35,862 nucleotides of DNA. Source: a virus (Duplodnaviria; Caudoviricetes). This document shows positions 17,987 through 26,201 of this stretch, piece by piece. Made by a program: the position numbers and the translations under genes. The first letter of the stretch is position 1. The number at the start of each line of letters is the position of its first letter. The stretch covers positions 1 through 35,862 of the IMG/VR virus record IMGVR_UViG_3300020045_003524; one strand, 5' to 3'. Under the pieces are notes generated by a model. That model was not told the DNA's origin. It searched no databases and saw only the letters and a program-made list of their open reading frames with translations.

Positions 17987-18014
17987 TATTCGCAATTGAA
18001 TCCTTTTCCGTAGC
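17987..18014 (+). other. dif-like 28-bp site, L-like (module 4)
   Basis: TATTCGCAATT-GAATCC-TTTTCCGTAGC, 3 bp past the stop of the 44-aa gene. Confidence 0.65.
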
Positions 18015-18017
18015 TAA

Positions 18018-18152
18018 TTAAACGATCAAATCTTCTCTTCCATCGGCGATCAAAATAGTATCAATGTCATTTTTAAATTGTGGATATTTTGCTACAACTA
18101 AAGCATAATCTAATTTTCCTAATTCAATTCTCATTGCTAAATAAGCTGCCAT
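18018..18152 (-). CDS. 44-aa XkdX-like tail-fibre accessory protein
   Basis: GGAGG SD; MAAYLAMRIELGKLDYALVVAKYPQFKNDIDTILIADGREDLIV*. Confidence 0.75.
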   Translation of the reverse strand: MAAYLAMRIELGKLDYALVVAKYPQFKNDIDTILIADGREDLIV

Positions 18153-18153
18153 A

Positions 18154-18402
18154 TTATAATCCTCCCATGATTAAAAAGTCTAATGCTTCTTGTGCAAGCA
18201 TTACTTGATTTGCGAGTAACTCAATTTGTTCTTCTATTGTTGGTTCTATTTCTATTGGTTCAATTACGGGTTCTTCTACTAATTGCCAACCTTCGGCTTC
18301 TAAAACCGCTGTTGGCAATAAATTATAATTACTAACATTTTGACCATTATTTAAGACTCCTGTTTGTGGAAGTCCATATTGCTCATTTCTTTTATATATC
18401 AT
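18154..18402 (-). CDS. XkdW-like tail-fibre chaperone
   Basis: C-terminus EPTIEEQIELL...AQEALDFLIMGG; precedes the XkdX-like gene. Confidence 0.6.
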   Translation of the reverse strand: MIYKRNEQYGLPQTGVLNNGQNVSNYNLLPTAVLEAEGWQLVEEPVIEPIEIEPTIEEQIELLANQVMLAQEALDFLIMGGL

Positions 18403-18414
18403 TTAATAAACCTC

Positions 18415-18927
18415 CTATTCAGAATAAGTAATTAAAGCATCTAATTCTGCTAACGTTTTAGATTCTAAATTATTAGCCGTTAAATCAACAACCATAATTG
18501 TATCTATGAATGCGTTAAACGTTCCGTCACCCCAAACATAAACCCTTCCCGAATTAGATGTAAGCTGAGTTGATATCGCTGATACTTTTACCCATCCATC
18601 AGTTAAAGACGACTTAATTGCATTTGCCTTATATGATGAACCATCAAATAATCTTAATAACAAGTCTCCAGAAGTGTAATTTGTAATTTTAACATAGGCT
18701 GATATGTAGTATTTATTACCATTAACGCAATCAAAATCATGATATCGTATTCCACCACCTGTGGTATAGATTGAATAATCTTTGTGATATTTATCAACAC
18801 TTGATTGATTCAGCCCTAACCCAACAACTACCCAGTTATCTAAGTTTTCAAAGCTACTATCTAAACACAAATTATCAAATACTGGTAAAGAATTTGACAT
18901 TTTTTTAATAACTTGTCCTATCAACAT
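18415..18927 (-). CDS. Carbohydrate-binding-module-like (jelly-roll) protein
   Basis: NL..DSSFE...GNKYYISAYVK...WVKVS...FIDTIMVVDLT pattern. Confidence 0.65.
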   Translation of the reverse strand: MLIGQVIKKMSNSLPVFDNLCLDSSFENLDNWVVVGLGLNQSSVDKYHKDYSIYTTGGGIRYHDFDCVNGNKYYISAYVKITNYTSGDLLLRLFDGSSYKANAIKSSLTDGWVKVSAISTQLTSNSGRVYVWGDGTFNAFIDTIMVVDLTANNLESKTLAELDALITYSE

Positions 18928-18928
18928 A

Positions 18929-19312
18929 TTAAGTCCTCCTTACAGAGTACCCTGCCCATGTTGTGCCACCGTCAATACTGTCATACGCAAGCCAATAAGA
19001 TTGTCCAGTTGTAAATGAAGGAGTGCCACTTGCGAACGTTGTGCCTGTTGGGTGTGTAATTGCACAAGCTGTCGTACAAACTAAGTCAACCGATACTGTA
19101 ATTAAACTAGCTGACGCATTTTTATTACTAAAAATAATTGACTTTGCATTAGCATCTGCTGACACAATTTTAAAGTTTTTAATTGCTGCATTATTTAGAT
19201 CGATTGTAAAAACATTCGCTGCGTGTGTGACTGTTATTAGGCTCTGAATAGAGGCCATTTGCGAAGCTAATTTTTCACCCTTTAAAAACGCTAAAGTTCC
19301 TAAATCTGACAT
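18929..19312 (-). CDS. Short tail-fibre-tip-like protein
   Basis: ATG at 19312 overlaps the upstream TAA; C-terminus ITHPTGTTFASGTPSFTTG...SIDGGTTWAG resembles fibre tip domains; contains an in-frame dif-like site. Confidence 0.65.
   Translation of the reverse strand: MSDLGTLAFLKGEKLASQMASIQSLITVTHAANVFTIDLNNAAIKNFKIVSADANAKSIIFSNKNASASLITVSVDLVCTTACAITHPTGTTFASGTPSFTTGQSYWLAYDSIDGGTTWAGYSVRRT
19240..19267 (+). other. dif-like 28-bp site, R-like, inside a CDS (module 4)
   Basis: GGCTCTGAATA-GAGGCC-ATTTGCGAAGC; left arm 9/11 to the 7546 site, right arm 9/11 to the 32245 site; encodes ASQMASIQS on the minus strand. Confidence 0.65.
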
Positions 19313-19464
19313 TAAATCACCTTCCATTCCGTACCTGTCCAAATGTACGTATTTGTTGTGTCGTATTCATATGCCAGTGTATCACGGTCTATATTTGTCG
19401 GCTTTGTATCTGTGCTGTACCCTGTCCAAACTCCTAAAAGTCTAGCGTATTGAAAATTTGCCAT
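19312..19464 (-). CDS. 50-aa virion-associated protein
   Basis: AGGAGG SD; MANFQYARLLGVWTGYSTDTKPT...AYEYDTTNTYIWTGTEWKVI*. Confidence 0.75.
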   Translation of the reverse strand: MANFQYARLLGVWTGYSTDTKPTNIDRDTLAYEYDTTNTYIWTGTEWKVI

Positions 19465-19475
19465 GTTGTTTCCTC

Positions 19476-19991
19476 CTACATTTCATAAAAATTAAGTATT
19501 AAATCTATATACTTATTTGCTCCGGCTACATTTTGAACTTCTATTAGCAATTCGTATCCAGGAAGAATAACAGTTTCCAATCTTCCAGAACCAGCGCCGC
19601 CAGCTTGTGTGTTAGGATTTCCACTTGCGCCTGCTGCGTCATCTCCGCGCATAGAACCAATAAGATTTGCAGTAGCGGTTTGAAGCGTGTAAACTTCTGT
19701 TGTTGCCGTTTTTATGCTCCCTATTACTCGATTCCAAGGAATATATGCAGAATTAACCAATGGGAAAGACGCGCCTTCAAACGTTCTTAAATATGCCTTT
19801 CCTTCTGTTGCCCAATTTATTTGAACGTGGCAGGATTTTGTTGTTGGTTTTATTCTAATATATGCGTAATTGTTATCCGGAACAACTCTAAAGGTCTTGC
19901 TAACTGTAAATAAATTTTCAGCGTGTACTTCATAATACTCTACGTCGACGTTCATAACTGGCGGCCTTACTGTATTTGAATGGAACGACAT
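19476..19991 (-). CDS. Hypothetical structural protein (171 aa)
   Basis: Beta-rich ORF in the late operon. Confidence 0.65.
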   Translation of the reverse strand: MSFHSNTVRPPVMNVDVEYYEVHAENLFTVSKTFRVVPDNNYAYIRIKPTTKSCHVQINWATEGKAYLRTFEGASFPLVNSAYIPWNRVIGSIKTATTEVYTLQTATANLIGSMRGDDAAGASGNPNTQAGGAGSGRLETVILPGYELLIEVQNVAGANKYIDLILNFYEM

Positions 19992-19996
19992 TTAAA

Positions 19997-20251
19997 TCAC
20001 CCCTTTTTTACTGCGTCAATAATTTCTTGCTTGCTCATTTTGTATGTATTGATTCCAAGTTCTTTGGCTAATGTTCTAAGTTCTGGTAGTCCCATTTCTT
20101 TTTCGTCTTTTATTTCAGAATCAACAACGTCTTCTTCTTTTGTTTCTTCAATTCCGTTCATTCCTTTAACCAAAACATATCCTTCTCTTTCCCAAATGTT
20201 TTTTAGGAAATCGTTAGTTTCAACAATATGTATACCGTTTGTCATTTTCAT
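19997..20251 (-). CDS. Small protein with Rho-N/HeH-like domain
   Basis: LPELRTLAKELGINTYKMSKQEIIDAV; follows the capsid gene. Confidence 0.7.
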   Translation of the reverse strand: MKMTNGIHIVETNDFLKNIWEREGYVLVKGMNGIEETKEEDVVDSEIKDEKEMGLPELRTLAKELGINTYKMSKQEIIDAVKKG

Positions 20252-20269
20252 ATTTTTATCCTTTCAATT

Positions 20270-20305
20270 AAAAAAGGCCAAGGCCACATAAGACCCTAGC
20301 CTTTT
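20270..20305 (-). terminator. Intrinsic terminator after the capsid gene
   Basis: AAAAGGCTAGGGTC...GGCCTTGGCCTTTTTT. Confidence 0.75.
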
Positions 20306-20311
20306 AGTTAA

Positions 20312-21139
20312 TTATGCAATTTTGTGTTGTGCTACTGCTTTTCTTTTTGGAACAAGCACAAATGCATCATACACGAAGCGACCTTCGATTAATGCACCAG
20401 AGATTCCAGGTGGATCTTCGTGAGTGTTAACATCTTCTAATTGCATAGGTGCAGCCCCTGCGCTTGGATGGGTTAAAATAAACGCTGTATTAGCTGGAAG
20501 GTAGGATGTAGGAACCATTACCACTTTAATATCATCAATCATGCCAACTTGACCATTGATTAACATTTTTTGAGCAATATCTCCTTTAAGGATAAAAGAA
20601 GGATCAAGTTTAATAAATTTGTAGTATGATGGACTAACAAAGGCAATGCGTCCAGTTCTAGGAACTTTTGCATCATCTAGGTATTTTGCGCCATCAAGCA
20701 TTTTTTCGTAAGCGTTTGAAGCTGTGATTGCTGCGGTTGCGACTTGGGATTCAGCCAATGCTGCTGCTGCCAACACGGTTAAGTTGTATGTATCTTGTTC
20801 TGGAAAAAGCTGTTCTTCCATTTGAATTTTGATAACCGAACCTGTTGTCTTTACCAAGTTTTGTTGTAAATAATTGCCTTTATCAACTGTGATTGAGAAC
20901 GCTCTGTCTTTGGTGATTGCGTACTCGTTAATAGTATCTTGTAATTCTGCTGGGGAACCAAATCTGTTGGCACCAGTTCTTGTGTAATCGGCCAACGCTT
21001 GAGATGTTAACGTGTAAACAACTGCTGTTTTTGCTCCAATAAAGTCATATTTTGCGCCAAATGCCGCTTTTGTTAACGAACCAAGTGTATATACCTGCTC
21101 GATACTCTTTTGATACTTTTTCGCTAAATTAACTGCCAT
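20312..21139 (-). CDS. Major capsid protein
   Basis: MAVNLAKKY...DRAFSITVD...VPRTGRIAFVSP...GQVGMIDD...IEGRFVYDAFVL; follows the scaffold gene. Confidence 0.9.
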   Translation of the reverse strand: MAVNLAKKYQKSIEQVYTLGSLTKAAFGAKYDFIGAKTAVVYTLTSQALADYTRTGANRFGSPAELQDTINEYAITKDRAFSITVDKGNYLQQNLVKTTGSVIKIQMEEQLFPEQDTYNLTVLAAAALAESQVATAAITASNAYEKMLDGAKYLDDAKVPRTGRIAFVSPSYYKFIKLDPSFILKGDIAQKMLINGQVGMIDDIKVVMVPTSYLPANTAFILTHPSAGAAPMQLEDVNTHEDPPGISGALIEGRFVYDAFVLVPKRKAVAQHKIA

Positions 21140-21152
21140 TTTTTTATTCTCC

Positions 21153-21938
21153 TTATTCTCCTAAAAGGCCAGCAAGGAAATCGTCATCATTTGATTTTTC
21201 TTTACCATTTCCAGATGTTGACTTAACGACCGCCTTTTGTTTAACGGTTTCGTTTTGTTCCTTTGTTTTCTGCTTGGCTTCTAGCTCTGCGATTTTGTTT
21301 TTAAGTGTCTGCAACTCTGCATCTTTCGATCTAATTGCGTCTTGTTTTGTGTAATCATCGTACGCTCTTGTCAAGTCTTCGCCATTGTTATTTACTTCTT
21401 CCCACACTTCTACAGGAATTGATTTAGGGTCAATGGTTGGATACTTGCTCAAGAATCTTTCGTACATTTTTGTTGATGCTTGCTTTTTATTTGTTTCAAA
21501 GTCTTTTTTGATTTGGTTTTTGTCTTTTCCATCACGTTCTGCGGCCGCTTCAAAGTACTGGTCAAACAAAGTTTCAATCAAATCAGATTCGCTCATGTTG
21601 TAAAGTTGGGATAATTCTTTTATTTTTTCTGATTTTTCTGTCGCAAGATTCACCTTTTCACTTAATCTGTCGTGATTCATTCCTTTTTGAATAAGAGTTT
21701 TTAACTCATCAGGGGAAAAATCTTTAAGTTTCTTTGTTTCATGAAGGAATTTAACCTCGATTTCGTCAAGTTTTAATTGATCCTTGGTTTCTTTTTGCTT
21801 GTTTTCTTCTTGTGTTTCTTCCGTTTGTTCTTCTGATTCTTCTAATTCTTCCGCGTCTGTGGTTTCTTCTTCGGCTTCTTCTTTGTAATCGTCAGGTAAA
21901 ATGTATTCTTGTTCTTCGATGATTTGGTCTTCATCCAT
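21153..21938 (-). CDS. Capsid scaffolding protein
   Basis: Acidic N-terminus, QKGMNHD motif, coiled coil, C-terminal DDFLAGL; lies between portal and capsid. Confidence 0.82.
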   Translation of the reverse strand: MDEDQIIEEQEYILPDDYKEEAEEETTDAEELEESEEQTEETQEENKQKETKDQLKLDEIEVKFLHETKKLKDFSPDELKTLIQKGMNHDRLSEKVNLATEKSEKIKELSQLYNMSESDLIETLFDQYFEAAAERDGKDKNQIKKDFETNKKQASTKMYERFLSKYPTIDPKSIPVEVWEEVNNNGEDLTRAYDDYTKQDAIRSKDAELQTLKNKIAELEAKQKTKEQNETVKQKAVVKSTSGNGKEKSNDDDFLAGLLGE

Positions 21939-21974
21939 GGCTTATTTCTCCTTCTTGGGTTTGGTTGCCCATAT

Positions 21975-22011
21975 AAAAAGAGTGTCATTACTTTTTATGT
22001 AACGACACTCT
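21975..22011 (-). terminator. Terminator-like hairpin between the Com-like gene and scaffold
   Basis: AGAGTGTCGTTAC-ATAAAAA-GTAATGACACTCT followed by TTTT. Confidence 0.75.
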
Positions 22012-22019
22012 AAGGTGTT

Positions 22020-22190
22020 CTAGTTGTTCAATTTTGGTTCTTCTGATTCTTTGTAAGACATGAATTGCGTAACCGTTCCGCATCTGTGGCATTTTATTTC
22101 TAAAACACTACCTGGCATCATCTCTGATTTTCCTAAAAGAAACGGTTTTCCTCGGCCGCAATTCTTGTTTGAGCATCTCAATTCTCTCAT
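22020..22190 (-). CDS. Com-family zinc-finger regulator (56 aa)
   Basis: AAGGAG SD; MRELRCSNKNCG...LLGK...LEIKCHRCG... resembles the Mu Com-like pattern. Below the ORF-track size cutoff. Confidence 0.8.
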   Translation of the reverse strand: MRELRCSNKNCGRGKPFLLGKSEMMPGSVLEIKCHRCGTVTQFMSYKESEEPKLNN

Positions 22191-22204
22191 TGTGCTTCTC
22201 CTTT

Positions 22205-22233
22205 ATGGTATCATATTTTACTTTTGTTGTAAA
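22205..22233 (-). promoter_or_regulatory. Candidate promoter for the Com-like gene
   Basis: TTTACA-17 bp-TACCAT with TG upstream of the -10. Confidence 0.45.
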
Positions 22234-22235
22234 TA

Positions 22236-23924
22236 CTATTGCATAGCCTGTTGCATTAGCGCCTGTTGCTGTTCTGGAGCCATTTGTGCGTACTCTTGCT
22301 GTTGTTCAGGTGTTAGTTCACTTAATATTTCTTCAGGTGTTTTAGGGGCATTTTGTTGCGTTTCTTGGACTTGCTGTTCATTTTTTAATCTCTCTAGGAT
22401 TTTATCACTTCCTGGGAATAAGTTCGGATAAGATTCTAATAAATCCATGAATGTTATAGCGCCTTCTTTGAAGAAACTTTCTGCGGTCAATCTATCTGCC
22501 ATTTCGTCATATGGGCTAGTCGCTCCAACATCAACTTTCGTTGTCATGTATATGCCTTTAAGTTCGTTAAAATCATACATTACAACTTCTTTTCCTCCGC
22601 CTTCTACGCCTACTGCCACTGGTCTAATGTCGTAATACGCGCTAACCATATCAAGAAAAACGTTTCCAAGGCTTTCTAACGCGTCGTACATATTATCTCT
22701 TGGACCCGTTAGAGGGATAGCGGATTGTTTAGCGGTTACAGATATAGCCGCTCCTGACGCTTGTTCAGGGTTTACGTTGCCTAACATAGAATCACTTGCG
22801 CCTAATGTTTCTTTTGTGTAGTCCCATGCCAAGTTGATCATCTGTATAATTTGAGGCGACATTGTTCCAGGTTCCATGTACTTAGCTAAGTTGCTAATGT
22901 TTTCGTTAGGGTTTAAGTTTTCTACACCAATTGCCCCTCCTACTTGGTTAGTCCATCCACCTAAGCGGTTTCTGTCATAAATAACCTTTGGGAAAGCCGT
23001 ATCCATTAAATTCTTCATGGCCATGGCAAACATTCTGTTTATAAAAATCTGATTTGGAATAATCGAAGTACACAATGCTAAACCGTGGTAATTGTTTTTT
23101 TGTCTTTCCCAATTGTCCATAACTACAGGATAAATTGAAAGCCCAGTGTCAATTTCTTTATAAATCTCAACGTCTTTAATGGATTTTGTTACGAATATTT
23201 TCTTTTCGCCTTTTACGGTCCTGCGTTCGTACATAATAACATATGTAGCTTTTCCGCTTCCGTCAGCATCCTCAATCTCAATTCTACTATCCAATCCAGC
23301 CTGATATTGATTATCATAGTCTCCTTGTAATTCTTGGTCTTTTCCGTTGTGATAGTTATATTCTTCTTGCAAGTCGCTAATCATATCGCGTCCAACTACA
23401 AGGATATACGGTTGTTCTTGGACATTTTTATTATTGGGATTTCCAAAGTAAATATTAACGCCGTCCACTATTTCCATGCATATTTCGCCTTCAACGTCAG
23501 AATACTTGCCGTCAAGCGGTTTTTTATCTGTGTCGAAATAGATATGCCATGCAAAATCTCCTGATATTGCTGCGTCTTTGTAGCTATCCCTAATTATAGA
23601 TTGAAGCTTGACGCGTTCGGCAAAGTTTTCAAACTCTGTGTTCAGAATCTTTAACGCTGTTTCTTCTTCTCCTTTGCGCGCTATATGACTGAAATAAACC
23701 TTGCTAGGAGTAGATGTCAAGCTTGCTACGAAGAACGTTATAATGCGCTTTATAATGTTAAATACAGGCTTTGGAAGGCTCTCGCTTGCTGTACTGTTAA
23801 CATACTGGTTTCCTTTAAACATTTCCCAATTTGTATCAACCATGTCATACAATGGAGGGTCTAGCCTTTGATTAAATTTCTTTCCGTTTTCTAGACGTTG
23901 CCATGCTTTTGTGATATTATCCAT
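22236..23924 (-). CDS. Portal protein (podovirus type)
   Basis: 562 aa; GNQY...PKPVFNIIKR...GASDSMLG...ASGAAI motifs; Gln-rich C-terminus; position upstream of scaffold. Confidence 0.88.
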   Translation of the reverse strand: MDNITKAWQRLENGKKFNQRLDPPLYDMVDTNWEMFKGNQYVNSTASESLPKPVFNIIKRIITFFVASLTSTPSKVYFSHIARKGEEETALKILNTEFENFAERVKLQSIIRDSYKDAAISGDFAWHIYFDTDKKPLDGKYSDVEGEICMEIVDGVNIYFGNPNNKNVQEQPYILVVGRDMISDLQEEYNYHNGKDQELQGDYDNQYQAGLDSRIEIEDADGSGKATYVIMYERRTVKGEKKIFVTKSIKDVEIYKEIDTGLSIYPVVMDNWERQKNNYHGLALCTSIIPNQIFINRMFAMAMKNLMDTAFPKVIYDRNRLGGWTNQVGGAIGVENLNPNENISNLAKYMEPGTMSPQIIQMINLAWDYTKETLGASDSMLGNVNPEQASGAAISVTAKQSAIPLTGPRDNMYDALESLGNVFLDMVSAYYDIRPVAVGVEGGGKEVVMYDFNELKGIYMTTKVDVGATSPYDEMADRLTAESFFKEGAITFMDLLESYPNLFPGSDKILERLKNEQQVQETQQNAPKTPEEILSELTPEQQQEYAQMAPEQQQALMQQAMQ

Positions 23925-24117
23925 TCTTCACCTTCTTATATGCTATCTCTGGCGTGTAATTCATGATCGCGTCAAAATGCTCGTTCATTTCTTTGTCTTT
24001 CTGATTTTCTTTTTTTTCTATAATTACGGTTTTGTTTTTACTGTTAAAATACAAATACAAAACAATTCCAATAATTCCAGTTTGTACAAATGCCAAAATC
24101 ATTAAATATATTTCCAC
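23917..24117 (-). CDS. Small single-TM protein
   Basis: N-terminal hydrophobic helix; overlaps the portal start. Confidence 0.7.
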   Translation of the reverse strand: MEIYLMILAFVQTGIIGIVLYLYFNSKNKTVIIEKKENQKDKEMNEHFDAIMNYTPEIAYKKVKNG

Positions 24118-24129
24118 GTTATCCCCTTT

Positions 24130-25770
24130 CTATGGTATCAATATATTAGTGTCTACCCATACATTGTTTGTCCAGCCAACGCCAGCGCTTGCGGTAAGTT
24201 GTTTAACTCCATAATTGTAGTCCCGTCCAAATCTGTTGTTTCGGACAATTGCGTCAGTTGATTCGTAATTAGTTGCATCGGTTACATAAACAGTATATCC
24301 GCCACCATTTAGCCAATTATATTCGATTAACACATTGTCTATATCTGCCGAATCTGGTTTAATCATAAAGTTGGACGTTGCTATAAAACCTTCTACGCCA
24401 GACGGCATGTGAATGTTATTTCGATGAATAACAACATTTGAACCGCCAGACAATTGCATTCCGTCCGCGTGTGCACCTACACGTCTGCCAAGTCGTTCTA
24501 TGAAGCAATCTTCTACTGTGACATCGTTTCCGAGTTTAATGCCATCCGCACCGCAATCATGTATGTGACATTTTTTAGCTATGTATTTATTACCCACAAT
24601 AGCTGCCGATCCAGTACTAAGGCAAGCGCTCATATCAATCTCACAATTCTCAATAGTAATGTTCGTACCACTAAAAATCTGAACCCCATAATAACTACCA
24701 TCTGGAGGCGTAATCTTACAATTTCTGATTGTAAGATTATCCGCATTAGCGCCCACTGTGACGTATCCAGAAAGGTTTTTCCCTTCGTACACCGCATTAC
24801 TGGTGTTCAACGCTATAATGCCAGAATCTGCTGTTAATACCGTTTCGCCATATCCTGTGTTTGTTGCATCTGGTTTAGTGTATTCTACTGCCCAAGGTTC
24901 GCCATATGTAGGTGGTTCAACTGGTGGAGTTCCATACGGAACAGATTCGGCATAACCATTTACGCCAACCCAATAAGACATCCAATCATTCATTTGCGTT
25001 TTTGTTGGTTCGTTTCCTGCCCCAAAAATATCAGTCAGATCAAATAAAAATGCAAGTTTTGCGGTAAGGTTATCCCATGCGCTTGACCTAGTATCTTTTA
25101 TTGCTAATTGATTGCTAGTGGCTGAACAAGTTGCCAAAGCTCCTAAAAACTCATAATCTCCACCGCCAGAATGTGCTGAATAGTCGCTTGCAAACTCAAC
25201 CCTAGAACTTGCTGTGTTTGATTTTAAATATGCGCATCCGTAATATTTATGACCAACTACAAGCGTTGGTCTTTTTCTGATGTAACCATTAATTGCTGTG
25301 GCTATAAAAACAACCTCATTCTCAACACAACTAACCGCGTTTGCCGTAGAATAAACCCATCCGTCAGGTTTGCTGTCAACAGTTGTTACATCATTCATAT
25401 TTCCATCGGTTCCTAGAATATTAGTCATCATAACAGGGGCTTCTTCTGTTGTAACGCTCAGTGGTAGGCTAGAAAGCGAATCGGAAGTTGTCTCTGTTGC
25501 TTTTACCCTTTGATAAATGTTGTATTCCGTTTCAGCTAACAAAGATTCAAATAAAGGCGAATCTTGCCATGTTGAATTATCCTTTGAATATTCGTTATCT
25601 AAAGAGTAAACAACTTGAATTGAATTATATGTTTTGAAATCTAAAACGGGAACGCCAGGTGTTGCAGGTATAGAAGGAGAAGATGTTGTTTTTGCATTTC
25701 TATAGCACAACCCTAAAATTTTCCCGTTTCTTTTAGCGTATAGTTCCTTTTTTCCATTTCTTATTATCAT
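24130..25770 (-). CDS. Multidomain FN3-like / CBM-like / right-handed beta-helix protein (putative depolymerase or adhesin)
   Basis: LLAETEYNIYQRVK (FN3-like); VGHKYYGCAY...FLFDLTDIFGAGNEPTK (CBM-like); repeated TIRNCKI, TIENCEI, TVEDCFI, HADGMQ, LIEYNW (parallel beta-helix). Confidence 0.72.
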   Translation of the reverse strand: MIIRNGKKELYAKRNGKILGLCYRNAKTTSSPSIPATPGVPVLDFKTYNSIQVVYSLDNEYSKDNSTWQDSPLFESLLAETEYNIYQRVKATETTSDSLSSLPLSVTTEEAPVMMTNILGTDGNMNDVTTVDSKPDGWVYSTANAVSCVENEVVFIATAINGYIRKRPTLVVGHKYYGCAYLKSNTASSRVEFASDYSAHSGGGDYEFLGALATCSATSNQLAIKDTRSSAWDNLTAKLAFLFDLTDIFGAGNEPTKTQMNDWMSYWVGVNGYAESVPYGTPPVEPPTYGEPWAVEYTKPDATNTGYGETVLTADSGIIALNTSNAVYEGKNLSGYVTVGANADNLTIRNCKITPPDGSYYGVQIFSGTNITIENCEIDMSACLSTGSAAIVGNKYIAKKCHIHDCGADGIKLGNDVTVEDCFIERLGRRVGAHADGMQLSGGSNVVIHRNNIHMPSGVEGFIATSNFMIKPDSADIDNVLIEYNWLNGGGYTVYVTDATNYESTDAIVRNNRFGRDYNYGVKQLTASAGVGWTNNVWVDTNILIP

Positions 25771-25778
25771 ACGATCAC

Positions 25779-26189
25779 CTACGCTTCAAAAACAAAATAT
25801 AGTTTTCCATCTGTCTCTTTCGTAGCCGGTAGTGCTTCATAGTCTGCTTCTTCCAGATTGCTTCCGTCTTCATTTGCCACAACTATTCCACCCAACAAGC
25901 CTTGGTTGTTAATTAACTCAATGTTTGTATTTAACTCAGCAATGTCAATCACATCATTAGTTATAACTGCCGAAAACTCACAAGTTCCAACATTTGTAAA
26001 TACTTCAAAGCTAGAAAAATCAACTCTGTTTTCCCATATCTGTTGCGCGTGTATTGTTTGGTTTTGAAACACTCCCACGTTTAATTCAATATCGATATTT
26101 CCTGTGTTTGTTACTTTAAGTTTGTTTTGTGTTGGCGAATATGCAAATGTTTGTTTTGTTGTTGTAGCTGTTCCTGTTATGGTTGCCAT
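25779..26189 (-). CDS. Putative fibre/anchor protein
   Basis: C-terminal EADYEALPATKETDGKLYFV motif typical of phage fibre joints. Confidence 0.5.
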   Translation of the reverse strand: MATITGTATTTKQTFAYSPTQNKLKVTNTGNIDIELNVGVFQNQTIHAQQIWENRVDFSSFEVFTNVGTCEFSAVITNDVIDIAELNTNIELINNQGLLGGIVVANEDGSNLEEADYEALPATKETDGKLYFVFEA

Positions 26190-26201
26190 GCGTTCTCCTT
26201 T

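Noticed and set aside
24250-24290. GATTCGTAATT half-site in the beta-helix gene
   Set aside because: The right arm does not match and the sequence is not at a gene or domain boundary.
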